The notes beneath the pieces are model-generated. The model was not told the DNA's origin, did no database searches, and saw only the letters and a list, made by a program, of their open reading frames with translations. A DNA stretch of 64,000 nucleotides from assembly GCA_964503955.1 (NCBI GenBank), contig CAZDCG010000003.1:626-64625 (forward strand), given 5' to 3'. Made by a program: the position numbers and the translations under genes. Each line of letters begins with the position of its first letter. The first letter of the stretch is position 1. This document shows, one piece after another, positions 26,044 through 34,431 of this stretch. The stretch is from an uncultured Gammaproteobacteria bacterium (lineage in GTDB: Bacteria > Patescibacteriota > Patescibacteriia > VMEV01 > CAYQCH01).

Positions 26044-27366
26044 ATGTTAATGTGGTCATTGTTTAAGACCGTGATTATGATGAGCGCAGAAGAATCCAAT
26101 ACATTTGAACAGAGGGCGAATCATCAAGATGATATTGCTCTTATTTCAGAGCCTGGGCAGAAACCAGATCAGATAGGAGTTAATGATCTATTGGCCTCTG
26201 AGCTGAAGGGAGATCCTTCAGAGGAGAAGACGCAAGTCAACTCAACACCTCTTCCGGCACCTGACTTTGAAGATGACAGTCATTTCGCCGATCATGCATT
26301 GGCGGCCATTGAGCAGGTTAAAAAAGAGAAGCCGCTTCAGCAAAGAAACGAAGCATTTGAACAGCTCGCTCGTGAATCCGCGTCCGTATACGGAATTCCT
26401 GAGTCGCTGCACCAACATTTAACAAGGAGATTTGTTTTAGTCCGCCCTATGGCACAGGGAGGCATGGGAAAAGTATTCGAAGCCTATGACGCGAATCTGG
26501 ACATGCCCGTTGTGGTGAAATTTCTGAAAGTGCCTAGCTCTAACTGGCTTGAACGCTTCAAACGGGAAGCGAAGGCTACGGCGAAATTTGCTTCTCCATA
26601 TGTGGTTCGCATTTTCGATGCCGGCTGGTCTGAAGATGGCGCTTGGTATGCCATGGAAAAAGTTGAAGGCACTGATCTAAAAACCAGATTGGAGCAGGGG
26701 CAGATGCAAACTGCCGGAGACGCTGTAAAGGCCGCTTCTGATATTGCAAAAGGTCTGGTCCAGCTTGAAAAAGAAGGTATGGTGCATCGCGATCTTAAAC
26801 CGGCGAATATTTTGTATCGTGAAGAAACGGATACATATCAGCTCACGGATCTGGGATTGGTACATGTGAAGGAAAAGCCTAGTCTGGAACAGGGAGGCAT
26901 CGCTCTTGGCACGCCTTTCTACATGTCACCTGAATTGGCAAAGGGGCGTCATGATGAAGTAACTATCAAATCCGATGTCTGGGCTTTGGGGGTAACGCTT
27001 TATGAAATGCTTTCAGGTGAAATGCCTTTTAACGGAGAAAACAACATGAAAATACTGGAGCAGGTTCTCAGATCAACTCCTGCACGGCTTTCACATTTGT
27101 ATGATGTTCCAAAGGAACTAAGCGATCTCATCGCTCGCATGCTGGACAAAGACATAAGGAAGCGCCCCACACCGCAGGAAATCGTTGTTGAGCTGGCTCC
27201 ATTCCTGCAGCTGGAAACTCGCCTTCAGCAGAAAAAAGATATTTCGCGGGATGAAACCAATATCATCAACCCGGCGCATCAGCCAACCAAAGCCAAACCA
27301 TCGGACCGGGCCAAAAAAATTGATGAACGAGCCGATACGGTTACAAGAGTGAATATCAGCGAATAA
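26044..27366 (+). CDS. Hanks-type Ser/Thr protein kinase
   Basis: HRDLKPANILY, DLGLVH, GTPFYMSPE. Start may be an internal Met (26077). Confidence 0.75.
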   Translation: MLMWSLFKTVIMMSAEESNTFEQRANHQDDIALISEPGQKPDQIGVNDLLASELKGDPSEEKTQVNSTPLPAPDFEDDSHFADHALAAIEQVKKEKPLQQRNEAFEQLARESASVYGIPESLHQHLTRRFVLVRPMAQGGMGKVFEAYDANLDMPVVVKFLKVPSSNWLERFKREAKATAKFASPYVVRIFDAGWSEDGAWYAMEKVEGTDLKTRLEQGQMQTAGDAVKAASDIAKGLVQLEKEGMVHRDLKPANILYREETDTYQLTDLGLVHVKEKPSLEQGGIALGTPFYMSPELAKGRHDEVTIKSDVWALGVTLYEMLSGEMPFNGENNMKILEQVLRSTPARLSHLYDVPKELSDLIARMLDKDIRKRPTPQEIVVELAPFLQLETRLQQKKDISRDETNIINPAHQPTKAKPSDRAKKIDERADTVTRVNISE

Positions 27367-27393
27367 AAAAACCGCCCCTCAGGGCGGTTTTTC
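27365..27393. terminator. Bidirectional rho-independent terminator
   Basis: A6-ACCGCCC-CTCA-GGGCGGT-T5 between convergent genes. Confidence 0.8.
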
Positions 27394-28179
27394 TTAGAGG
27401 CTTGCTTCGGTTTCGAGCGCCTCTTCGTAGTCTACATAAACATACCGTTCAACGATTCCATCCGCATTTTCCGCGGTCAAGATGAATTCAAGATACGGTT
27501 CTTCTTCTGAGTAGGCCGGAGCAATAAAGGCCGCGTCGGTCAAAGAATCTGTATTGAGCCAGGTTACTTCAGGTCCATACGCCTGTTCCCAGGCAAATGA
27601 CGTGCTTGCAAGGTCAGCTTCGGTTTCCGCTTTGAGCCAGACAATATTTCCAGCCTGCACATAGGCCGGTTCAGCCCATGCGTCCAGGACAAACGCGTCG
27701 CCTTCATAGTAGTAATCCTCCTCATCCCAGCTGAAGTCATTCAAGCCCTGGAAAAAACCAAGAAGGAAGAACGCGGAAAGTGATTCATCAAGATCGAAAT
27801 TCATCAGCTCCGCTTCAATTTCCGCTTTCGCGTTTTTTAACTCGGCAATCTGTTCGGGTGAAAGGCTGCCAAAAGCGGCCTCAAAGCGCGGGTCGTTCAC
27901 CTGCGCTCCAAGTTCAATCATGTCAAAAGAATCAGAAAGTACCTTGATGAACGCGTCGGAGAGCTGGCGGTAGCCTGCTTCCACTTCTTTCTGCTTGCTG
28001 ATAAAGGCCACAAAATCCTGCTGAGACCACAGGTATTCAGTTGGTTCCACGTGGATGTCGATTGATTCAAGAAAATCAATCACATTTTCATCATACGGAT
28101 TGATGGTGTCCTGCGCCTTGACCAGCAGAGGCGTGAAGGCCAGAACCGCGCTGAGAAGTCCCAGAAGGGGTTTTTTCAT
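27394..28179 (-). CDS. Secreted hypothetical protein
   Basis: Signal peptide MKKPLLGLLSAVLAFTPLLVKAQD. Acidic. Confidence 0.5.
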   Translation of the reverse strand: MKKPLLGLLSAVLAFTPLLVKAQDTINPYDENVIDFLESIDIHVEPTEYLWSQQDFVAFISKQKEVEAGYRQLSDAFIKVLSDSFDMIELGAQVNDPRFEAAFGSLSPEQIAELKNAKAEIEAELMNFDLDESLSAFFLLGFFQGLNDFSWDEEDYYYEGDAFVLDAWAEPAYVQAGNIVWLKAETEADLASTSFAWEQAYGPEVTWLNTDSLTDAAFIAPAYSEEEPYLEFILTAENADGIVERYVYVDYEEALETEASL

Positions 28180-28371
28180 AGGATAGAGTTAACGGCTTAA
28201 TGGCTAACGCGTTTTCGGGTTATTTCGCTGCTTAGGCAACTCGTAACTTGCCGCGCGTTAACATGTTAAGAGATACATTATCCTGAGAGGGTGCAAAATG
28301 GCAAATGCTTGAATCCGGGATGAGCCCGTGCTAGATTGCCCACTGTTCGGCGACAGAGCCAAGGAGGAAAC

Positions 28372-29142
28372 ATGTCTATTGTCGCTTCCCGGCTTGAGCC
28401 GGAAACGCAGGAACCTGTTCGCAGCCTGTTCCAGCATCTCGCGTACAAGCTTCAGCTCGCCAATGTGCTGACCATCATCCGCATCCCGCTGACGCTTCTG
28501 GCCTTGCCGTCTTTCCTGCAGCTGGCCATGCCCGGCTGGTGGTGGGGGTTCGGCCTCGTGCCGGTGGCGTCTGACTGGGGCCGTTTCTGGCAGGGGGGAT
28601 TGCTGTTCACAGCCGCCGCGCTTTGCGATCTGTTCGACGGCATGATTGCGCGCTGGTCCAAATCCACGAGCGCGTTCGGCCAGTTCGGGGATCCGCTCGC
28701 GGACAAGCTGATGAATTGGACGGTCTTTGCGGCCGCGTCAATCATCTTCTTTCCGCCGTCGTGGAAGTGGCTTGCGTTCTGGTATCTCCCGCTCTGGGAG
28801 ATGGCCAAGCTCGACCTTGCTTCACAGCGCAAGCACTGGCGCAATTACCGGGAAGCGCGGCGGACCGGGATCCGCTGCGACGGGCATGGCGCCAATATGT
28901 ATGGCAAGATCAAGATGTGGGCGCAGCTTGCCGCCATTATTGTCTGCCTTGCCGCGCTCTGTCCGATCTCGCAAGGGAAAGACCCGTTCTCGGTTCTGTC
29001 CAACCGGTTTGTTGCCGGCATCCTTGCGGCCGGGCAGCCATTCGCCTGGGCATTTCTCGTGCTGGCCTGCGCGCTTGGACACTTCTCGGTCCGCGTGCGC
29101 ATACAGGCGCCCTCGCGCTTTGCCGAAGCAGCAACAGCATGA
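28372..29142 (+). CDS. CDP-alcohol phosphatidyltransferase family protein
   Basis: DGMIARWSKSTSAFGQFGDPLADK matches D-G-x2-A-R-x8-G-x3-D-x3-D. AGGAGGA Shine-Dalgarno sequence before the ATG at 28372. GC-rich. Confidence 0.65.
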   Translation: MSIVASRLEPETQEPVRSLFQHLAYKLQLANVLTIIRIPLTLLALPSFLQLAMPGWWWGFGLVPVASDWGRFWQGGLLFTAAALCDLFDGMIARWSKSTSAFGQFGDPLADKLMNWTVFAAASIIFFPPSWKWLAFWYLPLWEMAKLDLASQRKHWRNYREARRTGIRCDGHGANMYGKIKMWAQLAAIIVCLAALCPISQGKDPFSVLSNRFVAGILAAGQPFAWAFLVLACALGHFSVRVRIQAPSRFAEAATA

Positions 29143-29262
29143 ATCAAGGAGGGAGACGCGTTCATCTGGCAGAAGCCGGGTGAGCGCGTTTTCCGTTGAA
29201 AATGTGCCTTTTCAACATCATGATCGTCGGACGGGGGCTCTGTCCCCGTCCTGTGCCCGCAG

Positions 29263-29288
29263 GTCGCAGACAGAGCCTGCGACCGACT
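29263..29288. repeat. Repeat GTCGCAGACAGAGCCTGCGACCGAC (copy 2)
   Basis: Perfect palindrome GTCGCAG...CTGCGAC. Matches 13171..13195. Confidence 0.45.
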
Positions 29289-29356
29289 TGGTTCGTAACA
29301 GATTTGTAATTTGCAGGAGTTATCTGATAACTTGCTCATAATAAAATGTTCAACGT

Positions 29357-30085
29357 ATGAAAAAGTTTTTAATCCTGCAGCTTCGTCCAAACCGCGCGGG
29401 AGATTTTGAGTACAAAGCATTTTGCGAATACGGCGGGCTGCGTGAAGAAGAAACGCATCGTATTGAGTTGACGCAAGAGAGTATTGCGGGCATCGATCTT
29501 GATGCTTATGCCGGCGTTATCGTTGGCGGAGGAGCGCCTTGCGTAAGCGACAAAGACAAGTCTGATATTCAGAAACGGTTTGAAGGCGAGCTGGCGAATC
29601 TGTTTGCAGAGATGGTCAAACGGGATGTTCCATATCTTGGCGCCTGCTATGGATTTGGCATTTTTGCCGACTATCTTCAGGGTGTCGTTGAAAAGAATCC
29701 CGCCTGCGCCGAAGATGTTTCTGCTGTTGACATTACGCTGACGGAAGAAGGGAAAAAGGATCCGTTAACCTCCGGTTTGCCTGAAACGTTCAAAGCCTTT
29801 GTCGGCCATAAAGAATCCTGCACGAGCCTGCCCCAGGGAGCCGTGCTATTGGCAAGTTCAAAGCGCTGCGCAAATCACATGTTCCGGTATCAGAACAATA
29901 TGTATGCTACCCAATTTCATCCTGAGCTGGACGTTGAAAATATGCTGGTGCGCATTGAGGTATACAAACATGACGGCTATTTCAAGCCGGAAGACGCGCA
30001 GAAGCTGACCGATATGGTAAAACAGGAGCAGGTGCATGTACCTATGCTGATCATGAAACAGTGGGTGGATCGGTACCGCTCGTGA
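29357..30085 (+). CDS. Class I glutamine amidotransferase-like protein
   Basis: Nucleophile elbow LGACYGFG. Downstream FHPE histidine. Confidence 0.55.
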   Translation: MKKFLILQLRPNRAGDFEYKAFCEYGGLREEETHRIELTQESIAGIDLDAYAGVIVGGGAPCVSDKDKSDIQKRFEGELANLFAEMVKRDVPYLGACYGFGIFADYLQGVVEKNPACAEDVSAVDITLTEEGKKDPLTSGLPETFKAFVGHKESCTSLPQGAVLLASSKRCANHMFRYQNNMYATQFHPELDVENMLVRIEVYKHDGYFKPEDAQKLTDMVKQEQVHVPMLIMKQWVDRYRS

Positions 30086-30150
30086 GGTTGACAGCGCCGC
30101 GTAAAAGAGGTACTTTGATCAGCCGTCCAGATGCGGCAAAGGGGGCTATC

Positions 30151-30813
30151 ATGAGAACAATACGAGTCACCCCCAAAGATCGCCGATCCGAAGTCTGGAT
30201 CGGGATCTTCACGCGGGTGCTCAAGGATAAGGCGCGCAGGGCCGGAGCTTCAGAAGACAGCGTGAAGCTGAGCGCACAGCGCGAGGCGGACAGGCTTTAC
30301 GCCAAGCTGAAGAGCGCCCAGGCTCTTGCTGAGGATCCGGAAGCGTGTTCGCGGTTGGCCAGCAGGCTGGTTGCCGACAAGGATCCGGCGGGGCGGATGG
30401 CGCTGGATGCGGCAATGGCCGGTTTGCTCGAAGAGCAAGATAAGGAAGACAGGATGATTTCCATAGCCCGCGCCTCGGATGATTGCCCGTCATGGGATAC
30501 GTCTGAGGCGGTCAGGATCTGGTTTCGCCGGTGGAAAGTGCTGGCGGCTGCCGGCCTTGCCTCCGAGATGGATGGACGAGAGTACGAGTTCGAGGCCCAT
30601 GCTCTGCAAGGCGGGATCTGCCACTCCGAGCGGTGCGAGCTTCTCGCGGACTGGATCGACGCGTACGTCGAAGCGTACAACGGCGAGGGAAAACAACCCA
30701 TGCCGGAGAAGTACCGGGTCAGTACGATCGACCCGCTGTCGACCACGCCGGAGGAGATGGTTACCATTGCAGCCTGGATCGAGTGGCGGATGCAGACCAT
30801 CCGTGTGAAGTGA
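30151..30813 (+). CDS. Hypothetical protein (GC-rich)
   Basis: AAGGGGG Shine-Dalgarno sequence before the ATG at 30151 (MRTIRVTP...). No recognised motif. Confidence 0.4.
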   Translation: MRTIRVTPKDRRSEVWIGIFTRVLKDKARRAGASEDSVKLSAQREADRLYAKLKSAQALAEDPEACSRLASRLVADKDPAGRMALDAAMAGLLEEQDKEDRMISIARASDDCPSWDTSEAVRIWFRRWKVLAAAGLASEMDGREYEFEAHALQGGICHSERCELLADWIDAYVEAYNGEGKQPMPEKYRVSTIDPLSTTPEEMVTIAAWIEWRMQTIRVK

Positions 30814-30946
30814 GAGTGAGTGAAGGATCATAGGAAGGGGCGCGGACCGCGAGAGTCGTCTGCGCCCCCTTCGCATTTACAGAGAAGCGATTGTCTGTAG
30901 GTGTGGCGGAATCACTTCCTGGTTCCGATACGAAAAGGGGTAAAAC

Positions 30947-31447
30947 ATGAATATCGATCGTTTTTCGGAATGGGGGCTTTCTCGCTCGGGGAGCCTCAGG
31001 CCTGTCACGCCGATCAAGGACACGGAAGTCCATAAGCCGGTCAAGTTCAGGATCGGCACGAGCGAGTTCAAGTGCGGGTGTGTGGAGCACGTCGTCAAGC
31101 TCTTCCTGCTTATGGAGTGGGGCGGGAAGGAACGGATCAAGACCGAGCGCAGGTTCTGCCTGTCCGGCCTTCTTCACATCGGGCGGCAGCTCTACATGGA
31201 GCGCACGGGAACGGGCTGCCAGCTCTGCAAGCAGATCCTGCTGTCCATGCGCGTGTACGCGGAGCAGCACCGAGACTGCAGGGGGCTGAAGCCCAAGGAG
31301 CGGGTCCGCAGCCTCGATCGCACCTGTGTCACGCAGGAAGATGTTCTGCGCATTGCGGGCGTCATCAACAAGCGGCTGGATGCTCTGCGCAAGCTTGAAA
31401 CGCCTCCGCGCAAGCCGCCTCGCCGCAAGAAGGCCAAGTCGGCCTAA
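30947..31447 (+). CDS. Hypothetical protein with basic C-terminal tail (GC-rich)
   Basis: Shine-Dalgarno sequence AAAAGGGG. C-terminal PPRKPPRRKKAKSA. Confidence 0.4.
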   Translation: MNIDRFSEWGLSRSGSLRPVTPIKDTEVHKPVKFRIGTSEFKCGCVEHVVKLFLLMEWGGKERIKTERRFCLSGLLHIGRQLYMERTGTGCQLCKQILLSMRVYAEQHRDCRGLKPKERVRSLDRTCVTQEDVLRIAGVINKRLDALRKLETPPRKPPRRKKAKSA

Positions 31448-31546
31448 GCAGGGGTGTGGACGGGGAAAACCTGTCCACGCCCGCCTCTCTCTGCTTTCCT
31501 GTATAGTGAAGGTAGAGAAGGGTCAGCAACAAGAAGGAGGAGAATG

Positions 31547-31792
31547 AAAGAGGTGGAGACCCCGCTGAGGCGTTGCCAGTTCTGCAACCAGATCAATGAT
31601 CCTCTAGACGGGGATGATTGGGAGAACGGGGAGCGCTTTCGCGAAGAACATGGAGATGACCAGCGGGTCATTTTCGCCATCTACGATGAAGTGGACTTCT
31701 GCCCCGATTGCAGGCAGACATTTCATACGGATGAAGACTTCGGATCTTCCTGGGAAGGGGATCTGGAGTCCGACGAGCCGGTAGGACCGTAA
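31547..31792 (+). CDS. Small acidic zinc-ribbon-like protein
   Basis: AAGGAGGAG before the ATG at 31547. Two CxxC pairs (CQFCNQ...CPDCRQ). Confidence 0.35.
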   Translation, partial: KEVETPLRRCQFCNQINDPLDGDDWENGERFREEHGDDQRVIFAIYDEVDFCPDCRQTFHTDEDFGSSWEGDLESDEPVGP

Positions 31793-31895
31793 TGGTCTGC
31801 CGGCTCTTGTCATTTCTATCTGAATGATTCATTCCTAACAATGGCGCCTGGCCTTGCTGTTTTTCTGCACTTGATCCTGATACAATATGCTCTGT

Positions 31896-32858
31896 ATGAA
31901 GCAGAGCGCATCAAAACTCATTTTGGCGATCGACGGAGGCGGAACAAAAACCGATCTGGTTTTGGCAAATGACCAGGGAAGGATTCTTGCAAAAGTAAAA
32001 ACCGGGCAGGGAAATATTCATAACGATTCGCCGGCTTCCATCACCAGGGAATTTTCTCGTGGCATCCAGCAGCTCTATCGAAAAGCAAAAATTGCAAGAA
32101 CGAGAAAACTTTCCGCGCTAGCTGTTGGCCTGGCAGGCATCGACAGTACGGCCGATGCCGAGGTTGCCAAACGCATTATTGTCCGCGCTTGCAAAGGCAT
32201 TCTGCCGCCGGCGAGCAAGCAGGCCATTGTGAATGACACGATTATCGGCTATTGGTCGGGAACGGACGCAAAAACCGGCATGTGCCTGATCGGTGGAACC
32301 GGTTCGAATTGCTATGGGCGAACCGCTTCAGGCAAAGAGGCCTGGGCTGGCGGACTAGGACATATTCTCGCGGATGAGGGCGGAGGATACTATCAGGGAA
32401 TGCGCGCTCTGCAGGCAGCCGCGAAAAGTTATGACGGGCGTGGGCCAAAAACCATGTTGGAGAAAATGATCGTGAAACATTACGGCGTTTCCTCTATCCG
32501 CGATTTGATGCGGATTGTGTATCAGCCCGCGTACGGCAAAACGCAAATCGGGGAGCTTGGGTATTTAGTGGAGGAAGCCGCGATCAAGGGAGACAAAGTT
32601 GCATTGCAGATAGCCAATGATTCAGCGGATGAGCTTGCGCGGCTTGCCGTTACTGTCGGGAAAAAGCTGAAATTTGAACAGATTGCTTTTGATTTTGTTC
32701 TCATCGGCGGGGTGATCCAAAAAGATCCCGTGGTGCAGCGCCGTTTTAAGCGCCAGGTAAAAAAACAATTTCCAAACGTGCGCTTTATTATTCCCGAACA
32801 AAAACCCGTGATGGGGGCGGTTCGGCTGGCGCTTTCGCTTCTAAAAGCAAGAGCGTAA
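31896..32858 (+). CDS. BadF/BadG/BcrA/BcrD-type ATPase (N-acetylglucosamine kinase-like)
   Basis: N-terminal LILAIDGGGTKTD phosphate-1 motif. Actin-fold kinase family. Confidence 0.6.
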   Translation: MKQSASKLILAIDGGGTKTDLVLANDQGRILAKVKTGQGNIHNDSPASITREFSRGIQQLYRKAKIARTRKLSALAVGLAGIDSTADAEVAKRIIVRACKGILPPASKQAIVNDTIIGYWSGTDAKTGMCLIGGTGSNCYGRTASGKEAWAGGLGHILADEGGGYYQGMRALQAAAKSYDGRGPKTMLEKMIVKHYGVSSIRDLMRIVYQPAYGKTQIGELGYLVEEAAIKGDKVALQIANDSADELARLAVTVGKKLKFEQIAFDFVLIGGVIQKDPVVQRRFKRQVKKQFPNVRFIIPEQKPVMGAVRLALSLLKARA

Positions 32859-32978
32859 AGTTCGCGCTCAAAGCTAAAGCTCGAACGAAAACCTGAGCTT
32901 GGGCCAAGTCAAGATCCTGGTGCAAATGTATCTATACGAGCCCCCCTTCAAGGTGGTCACGATATATTTGGAAGCTAT

Positions 32979-32999
32979 CCCCCCTCTTTTCTAGAGGGG
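32979..32999. repeat. Palindromic repeat family copy 3 (CCCCCCTCTTTTCTAGAGGGG)
   Basis: Same hairpin module as 13011..13027 and 45421..45441 (reverse orientation). Confidence 0.5.
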
Positions 33000-33226
33000 A
33001 GAAGTTGCTTTTCTTCCTTCCTTCCGTAACACACACGGTAACTTGCAACTCATTCGTAAGTTTGGTGGAAAGTTCGTAAATCTCGCGTTCAAGTTCAGGC
33101 TAGGGCTGAGTCTCGAACAGAAATTTAAACAAAACTACTCTTTAAGTGGCTGGAGTGCTCCTCCTTCCATTGCCAATTTCACATAAATTGCTATACTCGG
33201 CTCCACCCTCACAAAGGAGCGCATGG

Positions 33227-34321
33227 ATGCAGTCTTCGGGTAATCTGACGCTAACGTTTCGTGGTATCGAGTTCAAAGTACAGCTGTTCCCGACGCACGG
33301 CAATCAGCCGGTCGGGCGCAAGGATGTCCACACCGGCTGCGAGAAGCCGGTGGCCGTCCGGGATGCCTGCCCGTACTGTCTGAAGGGGTGCATCGAGGAG
33401 CGGGAAGAGCGCGAGGCCGAGACCGGTACGCCGGCCATGCCTCACCCCATTCCCGTCATGACCGGGAAGAGGGGTCGGGAGCGGATCGCCTGCGCCGACG
33501 CGCAGGACATGCCGCTCTTCAACCAGAAGGTGGTCGGTTCGCCGAGCGCGCCTCCCCTCAAGCAGACCTACTGCTCGGATCCTTCCTGCGGCAAGGTGAT
33601 CAAGGACAAGGCGGTTTCCGCCTGGGAGTGCGCGAACTGCAACAAGGTCGTCAACCGCGATGAAGTGGCCAAGGCCTACGTCGTTGAGGGCAGGATCTTC
33701 CTGTTCTCGCAGGAGGAGCAGGACGCTCTGGCCGCGCTCGAGGTCGGCCAGCGGCTGATGATCATCGAGTCGCTCGCACCCGACCAGGAGCCGTGGTTTG
33801 GCGAGCAGGGGGAAACCTACGCCGTCGTTCCGGAGAAGCGAGCGGAGTATCCGTTCGCGGTGTTCCGTAACGGAACGCTGATGCATGGCCATACGTGGCT
33901 CGCCGCCATGCGATTCAAGGAGGGGTACGAGCACGCGGTGCTGCTGCGCGCCAAGAGCGAGTACGGCTACATGCTCATGACGCTGCTCAAGCCGCGCCGC
34001 CACAGGCGCAACTTCGAAGTGCTTCTTCCCGAGATCGCGGAGCAAGACGCTCTGCTGATGGGGCAGGTCATGGCCACGGCCCGCCGTGTGGGCGCGCCTT
34101 CGGCGGAGTCCCACAAGCTCGAGTCGTCGCGGCAGGCGCATTTCGCCGAGCTCATCGCCGCCAAGACCGCCAGCAAGGCGTACGTCATTCCGCCGCCACA
34201 GGCGCTGGACGAGCAGACCGCGGCGGCCGCAGCTCAGCTGCTCGATTCGTTCGCCGAGTACGAGATGGCGAAGAAGAAGGGCAAGAAGAAGGCCGCCCGG
34301 AAGCAGGAAGCAGCTTCTTAG
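33227..34321 (+). CDS. Ku-like DNA end-binding protein (divergent, with Cys-rich insertion and Lys-rich tail)
   Basis: LTLTFRGIEFKVQLFPT, VAKAYVVEGRIFLFSQEEQDALAAL and YAVVPEK...HAVLLRAKSE resemble the bacterial Ku core. About 90 aa insert with a C-x2-C...C-x2-C cluster. C-terminal KKKGKKKAARK. AAAGGAG Shine-Dalgarno sequence. Confidence 0.5.
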   Translation: MQSSGNLTLTFRGIEFKVQLFPTHGNQPVGRKDVHTGCEKPVAVRDACPYCLKGCIEEREEREAETGTPAMPHPIPVMTGKRGRERIACADAQDMPLFNQKVVGSPSAPPLKQTYCSDPSCGKVIKDKAVSAWECANCNKVVNRDEVAKAYVVEGRIFLFSQEEQDALAALEVGQRLMIIESLAPDQEPWFGEQGETYAVVPEKRAEYPFAVFRNGTLMHGHTWLAAMRFKEGYEHAVLLRAKSEYGYMLMTLLKPRRHRRNFEVLLPEIAEQDALLMGQVMATARRVGAPSAESHKLESSRQAHFAELIAAKTASKAYVIPPPQALDEQTAAAAAQLLDSFAEYEMAKKKGKKKAARKQEAAS

Positions 34322-34431
34322 CACAATATCGCTTCATTCGTGTCCTCCCTTGCCTTGGCCGGCGGGGGAGGACACTTCCGTTTCAGGCCGGAAAATGGTA
34401 CGTTTCAGGAAAAGCGCGTCGCGCGATTGTT

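Noticed and set aside
28623-29420. Several 180-200-aa ORFs on both strands over the CDP-alcohol phosphatidyltransferase gene region
   Set aside because: GC-rich shadow frames. Only 28372..29142 has the transferase motif and a Shine-Dalgarno site.
30221-31447. Many overlapping ORFs (30297..30800 -, 30490..30876 -, 30761..31270 -, 31072..31398 +)
   Set aside because: Arg/Pro/Ala-rich low-complexity products of high-GC DNA. Only the plus-strand genes with Shine-Dalgarno sites were retained.
33895-34431. 5' extension of the pilB ORF back to 33895
   Set aside because: Arg/Ala-rich shadow translation overlapping the Ku-like gene in another frame. The PilB start MLVNRPSLQEF at 34432 fits the family.
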